Assembly (NCBI GenBank): GCA_963733035.1
Contig: CAVTBU010000006.1
Location: 320,001-384,000 of the forward strand
DNA length: 64,000 nt
Reading direction: 5' to 3'
Origin: Pirellulales bacterium
Lineage (GTDB): Bacteria > Planctomycetota > Planctomycetia > Pirellulales > PALSA-1355
Part shown: piece after piece, positions 50,862 to 60,571 of the stretch
Position numbering within the stretch: position 1 is the first letter of the stretch
Layout: each line of letters begins with the position of its first letter
Program-made: the position numbers and the translations under genes
The notes under the pieces: model-generated
What the model saw: only the letters and a program-made list of their open reading frames with translations
Told to the model about the DNA's origin: nothing
The model's database searches: none

Positions 50862-51209
50862 ATGAGATTGATCATCGCCATCATTCAGCCCACGCGGCTG
50901 GAAGCGGTGAAAGCGGCACTTTCCGAGGTCGAGGTTTTTCGCTTGACCGTAATGGACGTGCAGGGCTTCGGGCGTCAAAAGGGACATACCGAGGTTTACC
51001 GCGGTCATGAGGTGACAGTAAACCTGTTGCGCAAGGTGCAACTGCAGATTGCGGTCAACGAGGAGTTCGTTGAACCGACGATTGGGGCCATCATCAAGGG
51101 AGGACGCACCGGCAAGAGCGGCGAAATTGGCGACGGCAAAATCTTTGTCCTGCCGCTCGACGATTGCATCCGTATTCGCACGGGTGAACGAGGCGGCGAA
51201 GCAATCTAA
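50862..51209 (+). CDS. glnB: P-II nitrogen regulatory protein (GlnB/GlnK family)
   Basis: GFGRQKG, YRG T-loop, K58, GEIGDGKIFV and RIRTGE. Confidence 0.95.
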   Translation: MRLIIAIIQPTRLEAVKAALSEVEVFRLTVMDVQGFGRQKGHTEVYRGHEVTVNLLRKVQLQIAVNEEFVEPTIGAIIKGGRTGKSGEIGDGKIFVLPLDDCIRIRTGERGGEAI

Positions 51210-51268
51210 AACCCCTCAGGCAGCTTCCGCCAACCGACTGCATTCCGCGAACGTGCCGGTGCGTATTG

Positions 51269-52400
51269 CTAGTGTGACGCTGGTCTGACCGCCGGTCCGC
51301 GGCGACTTGGCATCCATTTGCATAAGCCTACTCCGGCAAAATAAAGCCCCACCAGCGGCACCAGCATCATCATCATGCTATATGGGTCGCCGCCGGGGGA
51401 GAGGACCATCGCCATGATCGCCATGATGAGCACGGCAATTCGCCATTTTGACAGGTATGCCTGCACGCTGAAAACGTGGATTCGCTCCAGAAACAGCATA
51501 ACCAGCGGCAACTGAAAGCTGACACCAAAGCCCAAAGGTAATAGCAGCACGAAGCTCAGCCATTCGCTGAGCCGCGGCCGCATTTCGGTGCCCAGGGATT
51601 CAGCGATGCCGAAGAAGAAATTCAACACCGGCGGAAAAACGGCGAAGAACGCCAAGGCGGCACCCGACAGGAATAGCGCTAGTGAAAACGGCAGGAACAG
51701 GTGGATGTACCGCTTCTCATGTGGGTAGAGTCCGGCTGCCACAAACTGCCAGATGAAATAGAATACCGCGGGGCTTGAAATCACCGCCCCGGCAAGAAAG
51801 CCGGCCTTGATGTAAATGACGAACGGTTCTTGCACGCCGAGTGCGTCGAGTTTCATCCGTTCATCGTCAGCCAATGGCCGCCAGATAAACAGGCGAATCA
51901 TCGCATCCTTGGAAAACTCGCGAACTGCCGGCGATGGTTCGGCTTTATTCCGGGAATCCAGCTCGCTGTTGGGCGATGATTTGCCGCCGGCTGCTTGTGG
52001 CTCCTGCGGCGTTAGATCAATGTCGTCGAACTTGCCGGGATAACGGCTGCGCAAGGCTGCCAGCATATCTCCGGGGGCGACGTACCGCTCTTCAGGCATC
52101 AGCCCATCGGTGTAGATTAGTTGCCCGATGGCTTCTTTTATCGATTCCTCCTCTGCCAGGTCTGGAGGGAGTTGTGTTTCCAACTGTTTGACTGCTCGCT
52201 CTTGATAGAATTTCTCGAGCGCCTTCTTGAGCGGTCGCTCGATGCCACGCACGATCGGCGAAGCAAACAGCAGCCCAATCGCAAACCCGATGACGAGGGC
52301 GATAACGGCCTTGAACAGCGCCGCGCAACTCTTCCAGGTGTTCCCCGAATGTCATCGAGGTATGCTGAAATAGATCGTCTTCGTCGCGTGAATCGACCAT
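51269..52400 (-). CDS. tatC: Twin-arginine translocase subunit TatC with a large insertion; frameshift near 52318-52326
   Basis: MTFGEHLEELR, EPF..YIKA, WQFVAAGLYPHEKRY, GVSFQLP and SPGGDP. Confidence 0.9.
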
Positions 52401-52647
52401 GGAGTCACCTCGCAATCGGAAGAAATCGAATGTGCGAGGGCAGGGCAAGACGTGCCGTCGGAAAGCCACCACGATCATAACACCGTTTTCGGGCCCCGGC
52501 AACTGCGGTGCCCCGCACAGGACGGGCTGTGTGCGGGGCTTGTGGCGAATGAGCTGATAGTTGAAAATCCGCTTGCCGCGATCTGTTTTTCGTGAGGTTT
52601 GCTGGTCTCAGGAATTCCCAAATTTCTCTGCACCGCGAGGTCCGCTG

Positions 52648-53616
52648 ATGAGTGCGCTTTACCCCTTGCGCTTCCAGCCGATTTTGCGTCGATATTTGTG
52701 GGGCGGCCGCCGACTGGAATCGCTGGGCAAGCAATTGGGGCCCGAAAGCGACTATGCCGAGAGTTGGGAAATCGTGGACCGCCCGACCGATCAAAGCATC
52801 GTGCTGGCCGGCCCGTTAGCGGGAAAGACGTTGGGGGAGTTGGTCCATGAGCACGGTCAGGCGCTCTTGGGCCGTCATGCCGGTCACGAGCATTTTCCGC
52901 TGCTGTTCAAGTTTTTGGACGCCAGCGATCGGCTCTCGATTCAGGTTCATCCGAACGATGCCCGCGCGGCTCAACTTTTCCCGCCCGACCTCGGCAAGAT
53001 GGAAGCCTGGGTGATCCTGGCCACCGAGCCACACAGCTATTTGTATGCCGGCTTGCGGCGCGGCATCACGCGGCAAATGCTCGCCACGCAGCTGGATCGC
53101 CATACGATCGAACTCAGTTGCGAACGCATCGAACCTCGCGTCGGCGATTGTTTCTTTCTGCCGCCAGGCGTCGTGCATGCCATCGGTCCGGGGCTGATGG
53201 TGGCCGAAATCCAACAGGCCAGCGATACCACCTATCGCCTTTACGATTACGATCGGCGCGGACCAGACGGCGAGCGGCGTCAACTGCACGTGGACCAAGC
53301 CCTCGAGTGCATTGATTACGAGTACGGGCCGGTGGCGGCTCAGCGTCCGAAGTCGACCGATTTAGCCAACGTGCAGCGGCTCGTGGATTGTGAGAAATTC
53401 GTGCTCGATCGCGTTCGCATCCAGGGCTCGCATTGCGCCGGCGGCGACGATCGTTGCCACATTCTGGCGGTGCTCGAGGGAGTGGTCCGCGTCGCAGGAG
53501 ATCCGCTTCCCGAGGCGCTCACTATTGGCGGCGTGACCCTCTTGCCGGCCGAACTCGGTGCCATCGAGTTGCAGGCGGCCGAGGGAGCCGTCCTGCTCGA
53601 TGCCTTCCTCCCATAA
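52648..53616 (+). CDS. manA: Type I mannose-6-phosphate isomerase
   Basis: LWGG, AESW, FPLLFKFLDASDRLSIQVHP, GKMEAW, VHAIG and EIQQASDTTYRLYDY. Confidence 0.9.
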   Translation: MSALYPLRFQPILRRYLWGGRRLESLGKQLGPESDYAESWEIVDRPTDQSIVLAGPLAGKTLGELVHEHGQALLGRHAGHEHFPLLFKFLDASDRLSIQVHPNDARAAQLFPPDLGKMEAWVILATEPHSYLYAGLRRGITRQMLATQLDRHTIELSCERIEPRVGDCFFLPPGVVHAIGPGLMVAEIQQASDTTYRLYDYDRRGPDGERRQLHVDQALECIDYEYGPVAAQRPKSTDLANVQRLVDCEKFVLDRVRIQGSHCAGGDDRCHILAVLEGVVRVAGDPLPEALTIGGVTLLPAELGAIELQAAEGAVLLDAFLP

Positions 53617-53764
53617 GTGACGGTTTGGAGTTTCCGCTAGCACTTAGACGATAGCGGTCTGGGACAGAGGGGAATCCGCCTTCACGGCCGGTCGCGTGAT
53701 GCCTATAATCCCCCGCCCATCCGGCTGCGGGTCAGGCGTGGCGTCTGGGCATTGATCACACTTC

Positions 53765-54148
53765 TTGCTTCCTTTCTCGGGGTGTCCCATCGGACGGTTT
53801 GTTCGTCATGCGTGGTGGACGTCTGCGCTGGTTGCACTTCTGGCGGGTTGCAACGTCGCACCGCCGCGTCTCCTGCATCCGGGGACGGCCCTGGCACAAC
53901 AGGAGAGGGCTGAGCAGTTCGATCCGTACCCGCTTCCCGAGTTAGGACCGCCGACCGAGGCGCGTCCACGGGGCTTCTTGCTACCGCAGCCGGAAAATGA
54001 GCGGATTCAAAACGCGGAGTCTTTTCAAGAACGCTACGGCTCGCCACCACCGCCCGGTCTGTACCGGCCGCCGCGCGGCGTCCCCCGCAACGCCATCCCG
54101 TTCGTCCCGGCGCCACTGACGCAGGCACCCGCGGTATTTGTGCCATAA
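53765..54148 (+). CDS. Small Pro-rich lipoprotein (start uncertain)
   Basis: LVALLAGC lipobox; PG...Q..RA..FDPYP..GP...RPRGF segment. Confidence 0.6.
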   Translation: MLPFSGCPIGRFVRHAWWTSALVALLAGCNVAPPRLLHPGTALAQQERAEQFDPYPLPELGPPTEARPRGFLLPQPENERIQNAESFQERYGSPPPPGLYRPPRGVPRNAIPFVPAPLTQAPAVFVP

Positions 54149-54238
54149 ATCGATCGTGTGCGACGGCTGTTCGCACCGCGACTCACATGAGCTATCATTG
54201 GGGGTTTCCCTGAACCTCCCTCTGGCAGTGTTGAATCC

Positions 54239-55251
54239 ATGCCTCGACCTCGCGATAAGACAATTCAGCCGGATGCTGCGCCTGGCCACCCCGAGCGATT
54301 GCAAAAAATCCTGGCCGCCGCCGGGCTCGGAAGCCGCCGGCAGTGCGAGGAACTGATTCTTACCGGAAGGGTAGAGGTCGACCGCCAGGTCGTTGCCGAG
54401 CTGGGCGCCAAGGCCGATCCGGCCGCCCAGGAAATTCGCGTCGACGGGGTCAGCCTGCCGAAAACGCGGCTCGTCTACTTCATGGTCAACAAGCCGACCG
54501 GCGTGCTGTCGACGAACAGCGACCCGTCGGGTCGGCCGCGCGTGATCGATCTGGTGCCGTACGGCGGAAGGTTGTTTACGGTTGGTCGGCTCGACATGTC
54601 GAGCGAGGGATTGATTCTGGTCACCAACGACGGCGACCTGGCCGATCGATTGACGCATCCGCGCTATGGCGTCGAGAAAACTTATCAGGTGGAAGTAGCC
54701 GGCGAGTTGGATCGTAAACAGCTCGAACAGCTGCACAAGGGAGTGCGGTTGGCTGAAGGATTTGCTCGGGTTGTTTCGGCTCGCGTGCTCCGTCAATATA
54801 AGCAGAGTACACTTTTGGAGATCGTTCTGGCCGAAGGACGCAACCGTGAGATCCGTCGCATCCTGGCCCGCGTTGGCCACAAGGTGGAGCGGCTGAAGCG
54901 CGTGGCGATCGGACCGTTGCGATTGGCCGAGTTGCCACTGGGACAATCGCGGACTCTCGAACCGGACGAACTGCGGAGGCTCAAGCGCGCGGCTCGCGGC
55001 GAGCCCTCCGAGCGAAAGCGTTCGGCGCGCGCAAACCCAAGCAGCCTGCCGCAGCGGCCAAAGGCCAACCTAAACCGCGGACCGTGATTGGCGGCAGCCA
55101 AGCTAGCGCCACCAAGTCTGGCGGCAAGTCGCACGGCCCAAAGCCAGCCGGAGGCAAGCGCGCAAATGCTCGGAGTGGTAAGCCACGCCCGACAGTCATC
55201 GGTGCCGGCAAACCTGCGAGGAAACTCGGTCAATCGAAGCGTGGCCGCTGA
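54239..55251 (+). CDS. rluB: rRNA pseudouridine synthase (RluB/RsuA family); basic C-terminal tail apparently frameshifted at 55079-55080
   Basis: ERLQKIL S4 domain, NKPTG, VGRLDMSSEGLILVTNDG and EGRNREIRR. As written it stops at 55087; one added base gives a tail GTVIGG..PTVIG..KRGR* to 55251. Confidence 0.85.
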
Positions 55252-55372
55252 GTTACCGCGAGGTCTTTGCGGACAGGCCCTGCACGACGATCGCGGCATT
55301 GGCAATCGTCAGATCGCCCAGTAGGATGACCGAGAATCGGTTTTTTCGGCCATCGAGGCTCCGCCCGCTCCT

Positions 55373-56239
55373 ATGATGAACCCCTTGCATGCCGCGCATT
55401 ACGCTGATCGGGCTTGCACCGAGCGGGTGTGCGTGATTGAGAACGTGGAGTTGGCCCGTGATACGTACCGTTTGCGGTTCATCTGCCCGACGCTTGCCCG
55501 CCGGATCGTACCCGGCCAGTTCGTGATGCTGCGTTTGGCCGACTGCAACGATCCACTGTTGGGGCGGCCGCTGGCCCTTTACGACACCGTGCTGGATGGG
55601 AACGAGCCGGTCGGCATCGACGTTGTCTATCTCGTCCTCGGCAAGATGACGAGCCGCCTTTCTCGCCTCCTACCGGGACAGGAGTTGGAAGTCTGGGGAC
55701 CCCTAGGAAACGGCTTTCCGCCGCAGGCGACCGAGCATTTGGTGATGGTGGCCGGTGGCATCGGCCAGACGCCATTTCCGGCGCTCGCTCGTGAGCATCT
55801 GGGAGACCGCAGCTACGGCGACCCTCCGCGCAAGGTGTTGCCGGTCCAACGAGTGACACTCTGCTACGGTGCTCGCTCGGCAGATTACCTGGCCGGCATC
55901 GAGGACTTCACGCGCTTGGGTGTCGACGTGCGGACTAGTACGGACGATGGCACGGCCGGGCATCAGGGCCTCGTCACCGACCTCGTCGAGCAAGCGCTCA
56001 CGAGCACCGAGCGGACACGTGTGGTGTGCTGCGGCCCCGAGCCGATGATGGCGGCCGTGGCGCGTATCACGACTAAGTGGGGCGTGCCTTGCCAGGTATC
56101 GCTGGAAACGCCCATGGCTTGTGGCATCGGCATTTGCTTTAGCTGCGTGGCGAGAGTTCGCGACGCGGACGGCTCGTGGGACTATCGACGCACCTGCGTC
56201 GAGGGGCCGGTCTTCGACGCCGCGAAGATCGAATGGTAG
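55373..56239 (+). CDS. pyrK: Dihydroorotate dehydrogenase electron transfer subunit
   Basis: PGQFVML, GPLGNGF, AGGIG, CGPEPM, MACGIGICFSC and TCVEGPVF. Confidence 0.93.
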   Translation: MMNPLHAAHYADRACTERVCVIENVELARDTYRLRFICPTLARRIVPGQFVMLRLADCNDPLLGRPLALYDTVLDGNEPVGIDVVYLVLGKMTSRLSRLLPGQELEVWGPLGNGFPPQATEHLVMVAGGIGQTPFPALAREHLGDRSYGDPPRKVLPVQRVTLCYGARSADYLAGIEDFTRLGVDVRTSTDDGTAGHQGLVTDLVEQALTSTERTRVVCCGPEPMMAAVARITTKWGVPCQVSLETPMACGIGICFSCVARVRDADGSWDYRRTCVEGPVFDAAKIEW

Positions 56240-56264
56240 GCAATCTGACCGAAATGACCTACCG

Positions 56265-56537
56265 TTAGCCCTGCGACTTAGCCGCTTTAAGCGCCGCTGA
56301 TAGTCGCGACTTGACCCGGGCGGCCCGATTGGCATGTACCACGCCAGCGGCGGCCGCCTTGTCGATGCGTTTGGCGGTCAAGCGGAACTCGGCCTCGCCC
56401 GTCTCGACATCTCCCGCCACAATCGCGTCGCGGACCTTACGGATCTGCGTCTTGATGGTACTCTTGGCTGCCCGATTGCGATCGCGGCGGACAACGTTCT
56501 GGCGGAGGCGTTTTTTAGCGCTTTTAGTGTTGGGCAT
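56265..56537 (-). CDS. rpsT: 30S ribosomal protein S20
   Basis: MPNTKSAKKRLRQ..RNR, IDKAA..GVVHANRAARVKSRL. Confidence 0.97.
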   Translation of the reverse strand: MPNTKSAKKRLRQNVVRRDRNRAAKSTIKTQIRKVRDAIVAGDVETGEAEFRLTAKRIDKAAAAGVVHANRAARVKSRLSAALKAAKSQG

Positions 56538-56619
56538 GGGAGGCTTTGAAAGTCGGGCTTGGGAATGTTTCGGTCGCCGCGGCGGGGCCACGCTGTGGGG
56601 GCCTCTGACCGCCGGAGAA

Positions 56620-58059
56620 TCACCCTTTATGACGAATCTTGGCGATTCTGTCCAGTAGTTGTGGGACGTCCTCATAGCCAAATTCCAGCCCTGCTAGCTC
56701 ACTGAGGTGGTTTTCGGCTCGATCGAGCTCCTCCTTGCCCTGGTCGGCCTGCCCTTCGGAGAGATGCTTCTGGGCGAGCCCCAGAGACAGCTTGCCGGCC
56801 CGGTAGAGCCCTAGCTTGCGATCGTCGACCTCGCGGGTTGTAAGGGCCTCCAGAGCGGACTCGTAGTTTTGCATGGCCAGTTTGTATTGCTTGATCATCT
56901 GGAAGCACTCTCCCAGTTCCAGATGAACCTTGGCCTTCGTTTTGGGGTCGCCGAGGGCTGTCTGGAAAGATTTGATTGCCTCCTGGATTTCCCCGAGTTT
57001 CTTCAGCCGGGTTGCCAACTCGAACTTGAAGTTCAGCTTGTTCGGATAGCGCTCGCTCCGGTTGCGATAGTACTCGAGCTCGCGCGCCCGCAACTCCTTC
57101 TTGAACTTGTTATAGAGCTTCACCGCGTCGGGTGTACGCTCCTTCTCGGCCTTCTTGCGGGCAACGTCCAGTTGCGCCCGCGCAGTACGCAACTGGGCGT
57201 CTTCCAATCGCTCACGAACGACGACGTCGCCGCCGGAGGCCTCGAGCGCCTTGGCGAGTACTGTTTCTGCATCCGTGTGCCGCTCCTCGCGGGTGTGTAG
57301 ATCGGCCAGTTCGAAATACTTGCCGATGTCACCAGGATTCTTGGCCAGATGCTTTTCCAGCTTCTGTTGGGGTGTGTACTTGTTGTCGTCGCCCGTGATC
57401 TGCTCGAATTTGTCGGCGCGCACGTCCTGGCTGCTCTCGGCGTCTTCGTACTTCCCCTTGGAAATGGTTTTTTCGATGGCCAAATCCGCCAGGGCACGCC
57501 CGGCCTCTTCGTCCCCTGGCTTGGCGGTTGCCACGCGCGTCCAACAGGAGATCGCCTGGTCGAAAGCCCCTTGCGCCGCCAGCGCGCGGCCGCACTTGCG
57601 GTTAATATCGGCATCCTTCGAGTCGACGTCGAGAGCCTGCTTGAGATAGGTGAGTTGGGCCTCGCTATAGGAGAGCTCCCCGGCAGCGTCGGCCATGGTA
57701 GAGAGCGTCCAGGTGTCCCAAGGGTTGATTTTGAGACAATCCCAGCCTTTCTCAAGCACGCCTTTGTTGTCCTTGGACATGGCGGACTTCTTCAAGCTGG
57801 CTTGCGCCATCTTTTTTCCGGCGGCGCTGGTGAACCCGGCTCCCTTCTTATTGTCGTTGTACTTCTTGCCCAGGCAGGCCAGGTACTGCTTGATATAGAG
57901 CGCGTTGCCCGGATCTCCCTTGACGCACATATCGAACATGTCGATTGCGTAGTCGAACTGTCCCTGGGCGGCACTCTTGCTGCCTTGTTCGAAACACTGT
58001 TGCAAACGCCGCCGGGTGGCCGCGGAAACGGGTTGCCTGCCTGCAGTTTCGTCGGCCAT
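56620..58059 (-). CDS. TPR-repeat protein
   Basis: Helical repeats such as AFDQAISCW and HLELGECFQMIKQYKLAMQNYE. Confidence 0.8.
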   Translation of the reverse strand: MADETAGRQPVSAATRRRLQQCFEQGSKSAAQGQFDYAIDMFDMCVKGDPGNALYIKQYLACLGKKYNDNKKGAGFTSAAGKKMAQASLKKSAMSKDNKGVLEKGWDCLKINPWDTWTLSTMADAAGELSYSEAQLTYLKQALDVDSKDADINRKCGRALAAQGAFDQAISCWTRVATAKPGDEEAGRALADLAIEKTISKGKYEDAESSQDVRADKFEQITGDDNKYTPQQKLEKHLAKNPGDIGKYFELADLHTREERHTDAETVLAKALEASGGDVVVRERLEDAQLRTARAQLDVARKKAEKERTPDAVKLYNKFKKELRARELEYYRNRSERYPNKLNFKFELATRLKKLGEIQEAIKSFQTALGDPKTKAKVHLELGECFQMIKQYKLAMQNYESALEALTTREVDDRKLGLYRAGKLSLGLAQKHLSEGQADQGKEELDRAENHLSELAGLEFGYEDVPQLLDRIAKIRHKG

Positions 58060-58245
58060 CGTGGAGTCTGTATCGGAAAAGCTTGTCAGGATGTGAAGGG
58101 AACCGGTGCTCGCTTCGAAAAGTCCGCCGATATTAGGCCTATTTTGCGGCTACCGGGCAACCGTTTATTTTAGTCGCCCAGTTGCGCCGAAACAACGCGG
58201 CGTGTGCACGCAAAACCGGTGGTTTCGGTTAGACTAAGAGGCGAC

Positions 58246-58851
58246 ATGATTTTCCAGCCGCATCCACGAAGCAGACGGTCGGCCGGCGTCAGCCTGCTTG
58301 AATTGCTCATCGTGCTGGCCATTATCGCCGTTTTAATGGCACTGACACTCGTGGCCGTGCAGCACTCACGCACCGCTGCACGCCGCAGAATCTGCCAGAC
58401 CAACCTCCAGCAGATCTCGTTGGCACTGCGCACGTTCGTCGAACTCAAGCACCGCTTTCCCGATCCGGCGCCAAAGGGCAGTGCGGGCGGCTGGTCCATC
58501 GAACTGCTACCCTTTCTGGAGGAAACGAACCTGCACGACCGGTTGATGGCGAATCCCTCGCTCAGCCCCGGCCGCGGTTCGCCGCTACTGGGCCAGCGGC
58601 CGGCGGTGTTCAGCTGCCCTTCTGGGTATGAGGATGACAGCGAAGTCGAGGGCATTCCGGCGGCCCAATACACGTTCGTACCACCCGTGAATCGAGCGCG
58701 CTTGGGTAGGACGTTCCACTGCCAAGTTGGCGACCTCCCCACCGATTCCCGCTTGCCATGGGCCGTGGGTCCGGAGGTTGCATCGCTCGATAACTCTGCG
58801 AACGGGCCGCATTCGGGCGAATTCAACGTCGAGTATATCCGAGGTGACTGA
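58246..58851 (+). CDS. Type IV pilin-like protein (DUF1559 type, short)
   Basis: G|VSLLELLIVLAIIAVL, R.AARR..C..NLQQI.LA, W...LLPFLEE, FSCPS and a C-terminal H..G..N. Confidence 0.82.
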   Translation: MIFQPHPRSRRSAGVSLLELLIVLAIIAVLMALTLVAVQHSRTAARRRICQTNLQQISLALRTFVELKHRFPDPAPKGSAGGWSIELLPFLEETNLHDRLMANPSLSPGRGSPLLGQRPAVFSCPSGYEDDSEVEGIPAAQYTFVPPVNRARLGRTFHCQVGDLPTDSRLPWAVGPEVASLDNSANGPHSGEFNVEYIRGD

Positions 58852-58941
58852 GCGCCCACTACAACCGCTCGGAATCGTACGGCTCGGAATTGATGCGCTC
58901 CCCTCTCGACGCGATGGCCGCTTTGGCGGACGATAGTACGT

Positions 58942-60444
58942 ATGCCAACCGATCACGGCAAAGTCTATCTCGTCGGCGGTGGGCCCGGTGATCCGGGGCT
59001 TGTGACGCTGCGCGGCGCAGTGCATTGCGCGGCGCATGTCGTGATCTACGACTACCTGGTCAATCCGCACGTGCTGGCACACGCCCGTGCCGACGCGGAG
59101 CTCGTCTGCCTGGGGCGTCACGGTCGCGACCGTATTCTCTTGCAAGACGAGATCAACGCCGCGATGATTCGTCACGCTCGAGCCGGCAAAGCGGTTGTGC
59201 GCTTGAAGGGGGGCGACCCGATCGTGTTTGCCCACGTCAGTGAAGAAATTAGTGCCCTGGAAGATGCTGGAGTGCCGTACGAAATCGTGCCGGGGGTGAC
59301 AGCCGCGTTGGCGGTTGGCAGCTACGCCGGTATTCCACTGACGCAAGGTGACGCCGCCTCGGCCGTTGCGCTGGTCACGGGGCACGAACGCGAGGGAAAG
59401 GAGACGGCCCTCGATTACGCCGGCTTGGCCGCGTTCCCCGGGACTTTGGTGTTCTACATGGGTGTCACGACGGCCCCGCACTGGTCGGCCGCGCTGATGG
59501 TCGCGGGCAAGCCGGTCGACACGCCGGTAGCGATTGTGCGACGCTGTTCGCTGCCCGATCAACAGACGCTACTCTGCACTCTCGGCACAGTTGCCGAGGA
59601 GATTCGCAAACGGCACTTGCGTCCGCCGGCGCTGGTGGTCGTGGGTCCCGTGGCTGGCATGGCCACGCATCACGATTGGTTCGTTGAAAGACCCCTGTTC
59701 GGCAACAAGGTAGTCGTCACGCGTGCCGCGCATCAAGCACCCGAGTTGGTTGCGATGCTCGGAGAACTGGGGGCCGAAGTGCTGGTGCAGCCGGCCATCG
59801 AAATCGGCCAGCCAGATGATTGGGAAGCAGTCGATCGAGCCATCGAGCGGCTGGGCGAAATCGACTGGCTAGTGTTTTCCAGTTCGAACGGCGTGCGTAG
59901 TTTTCTCGACCGTTTGCTTACAAAAAGTGACTTGCGATTGTTGGGGAGTTTAAAGCTGGCCGCCATCGGGCCTGGCAGCGCGGAGGAACTAGCGCGGTAT
60001 CATCTGCGAGCCGATGTGGTACCGGGCGAGTATCGCGCCGAAGCTCTCGCAGACGCTCTGCGCGGCGAAGCCGAGCTTGGCAAGCGTTTTTTGCTGTTGA
60101 GGGCCAGCCGGGGAAGAGAGGTGTTGGCCGACGAGCTGACAGTTCACGGCGGCCAGGTCGAGCAGGTGGTCGTCTACACGAGTTGCGACGTACCGACCGT
60201 TGACGAAGAGATTCTACGCCTGCTGCGTGCCGACAAGGTTGATTGGGTGACAGTGACCAGTTCGGCAATTGCGCGGTCATTGGTACAGCTCTGGGGCGAA
60301 GATTTGCGCCGTGCCCGCCTGGCTTCGATCAGCCCGATCACATCGGCCGCGCTCCGCGAGTTGGGGTACGAGGTGGCCGCCGAGGCGAGCAATTACACGA
60401 TCCCCGGGCTGGTTTCCGCGATTCTCGCCGCGGCCCAGCGTTAG
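58942..60444 (+). CDS. cobA: Uroporphyrinogen-III C-methyltransferase / uroporphyrinogen-III synthase fusion
   Basis: VYLVGGGPGDPGL, VRLKGGDP, VPGVTA and FYMG. HemD part has VVVTRA, FSSSNGV, AIGPG and SISPITS. Confidence 0.95.
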   Translation: MPTDHGKVYLVGGGPGDPGLVTLRGAVHCAAHVVIYDYLVNPHVLAHARADAELVCLGRHGRDRILLQDEINAAMIRHARAGKAVVRLKGGDPIVFAHVSEEISALEDAGVPYEIVPGVTAALAVGSYAGIPLTQGDAASAVALVTGHEREGKETALDYAGLAAFPGTLVFYMGVTTAPHWSAALMVAGKPVDTPVAIVRRCSLPDQQTLLCTLGTVAEEIRKRHLRPPALVVVGPVAGMATHHDWFVERPLFGNKVVVTRAAHQAPELVAMLGELGAEVLVQPAIEIGQPDDWEAVDRAIERLGEIDWLVFSSSNGVRSFLDRLLTKSDLRLLGSLKLAAIGPGSAEELARYHLRADVVPGEYRAEALADALRGEAELGKRFLLLRASRGREVLADELTVHGGQVEQVVVYTSCDVPTVDEEILRLLRADKVDWVTVTSSAIARSLVQLWGEDLRRARLASISPITSAALRELGYEVAAEASNYTIPGLVSAILAAAQR

Positions 60445-60571
60445 TTAATTCTCCGCTCTCGGCTTGCTAGCAGGGCAGTGCCATCAGGTTTTCGTCGAGC
60501 CGGTACCCCGGGTTTGCCGAAGCTGATGAAGGCTACCCGCCAGACCATTGCCTTCCCGTGGAGATCGAGCC

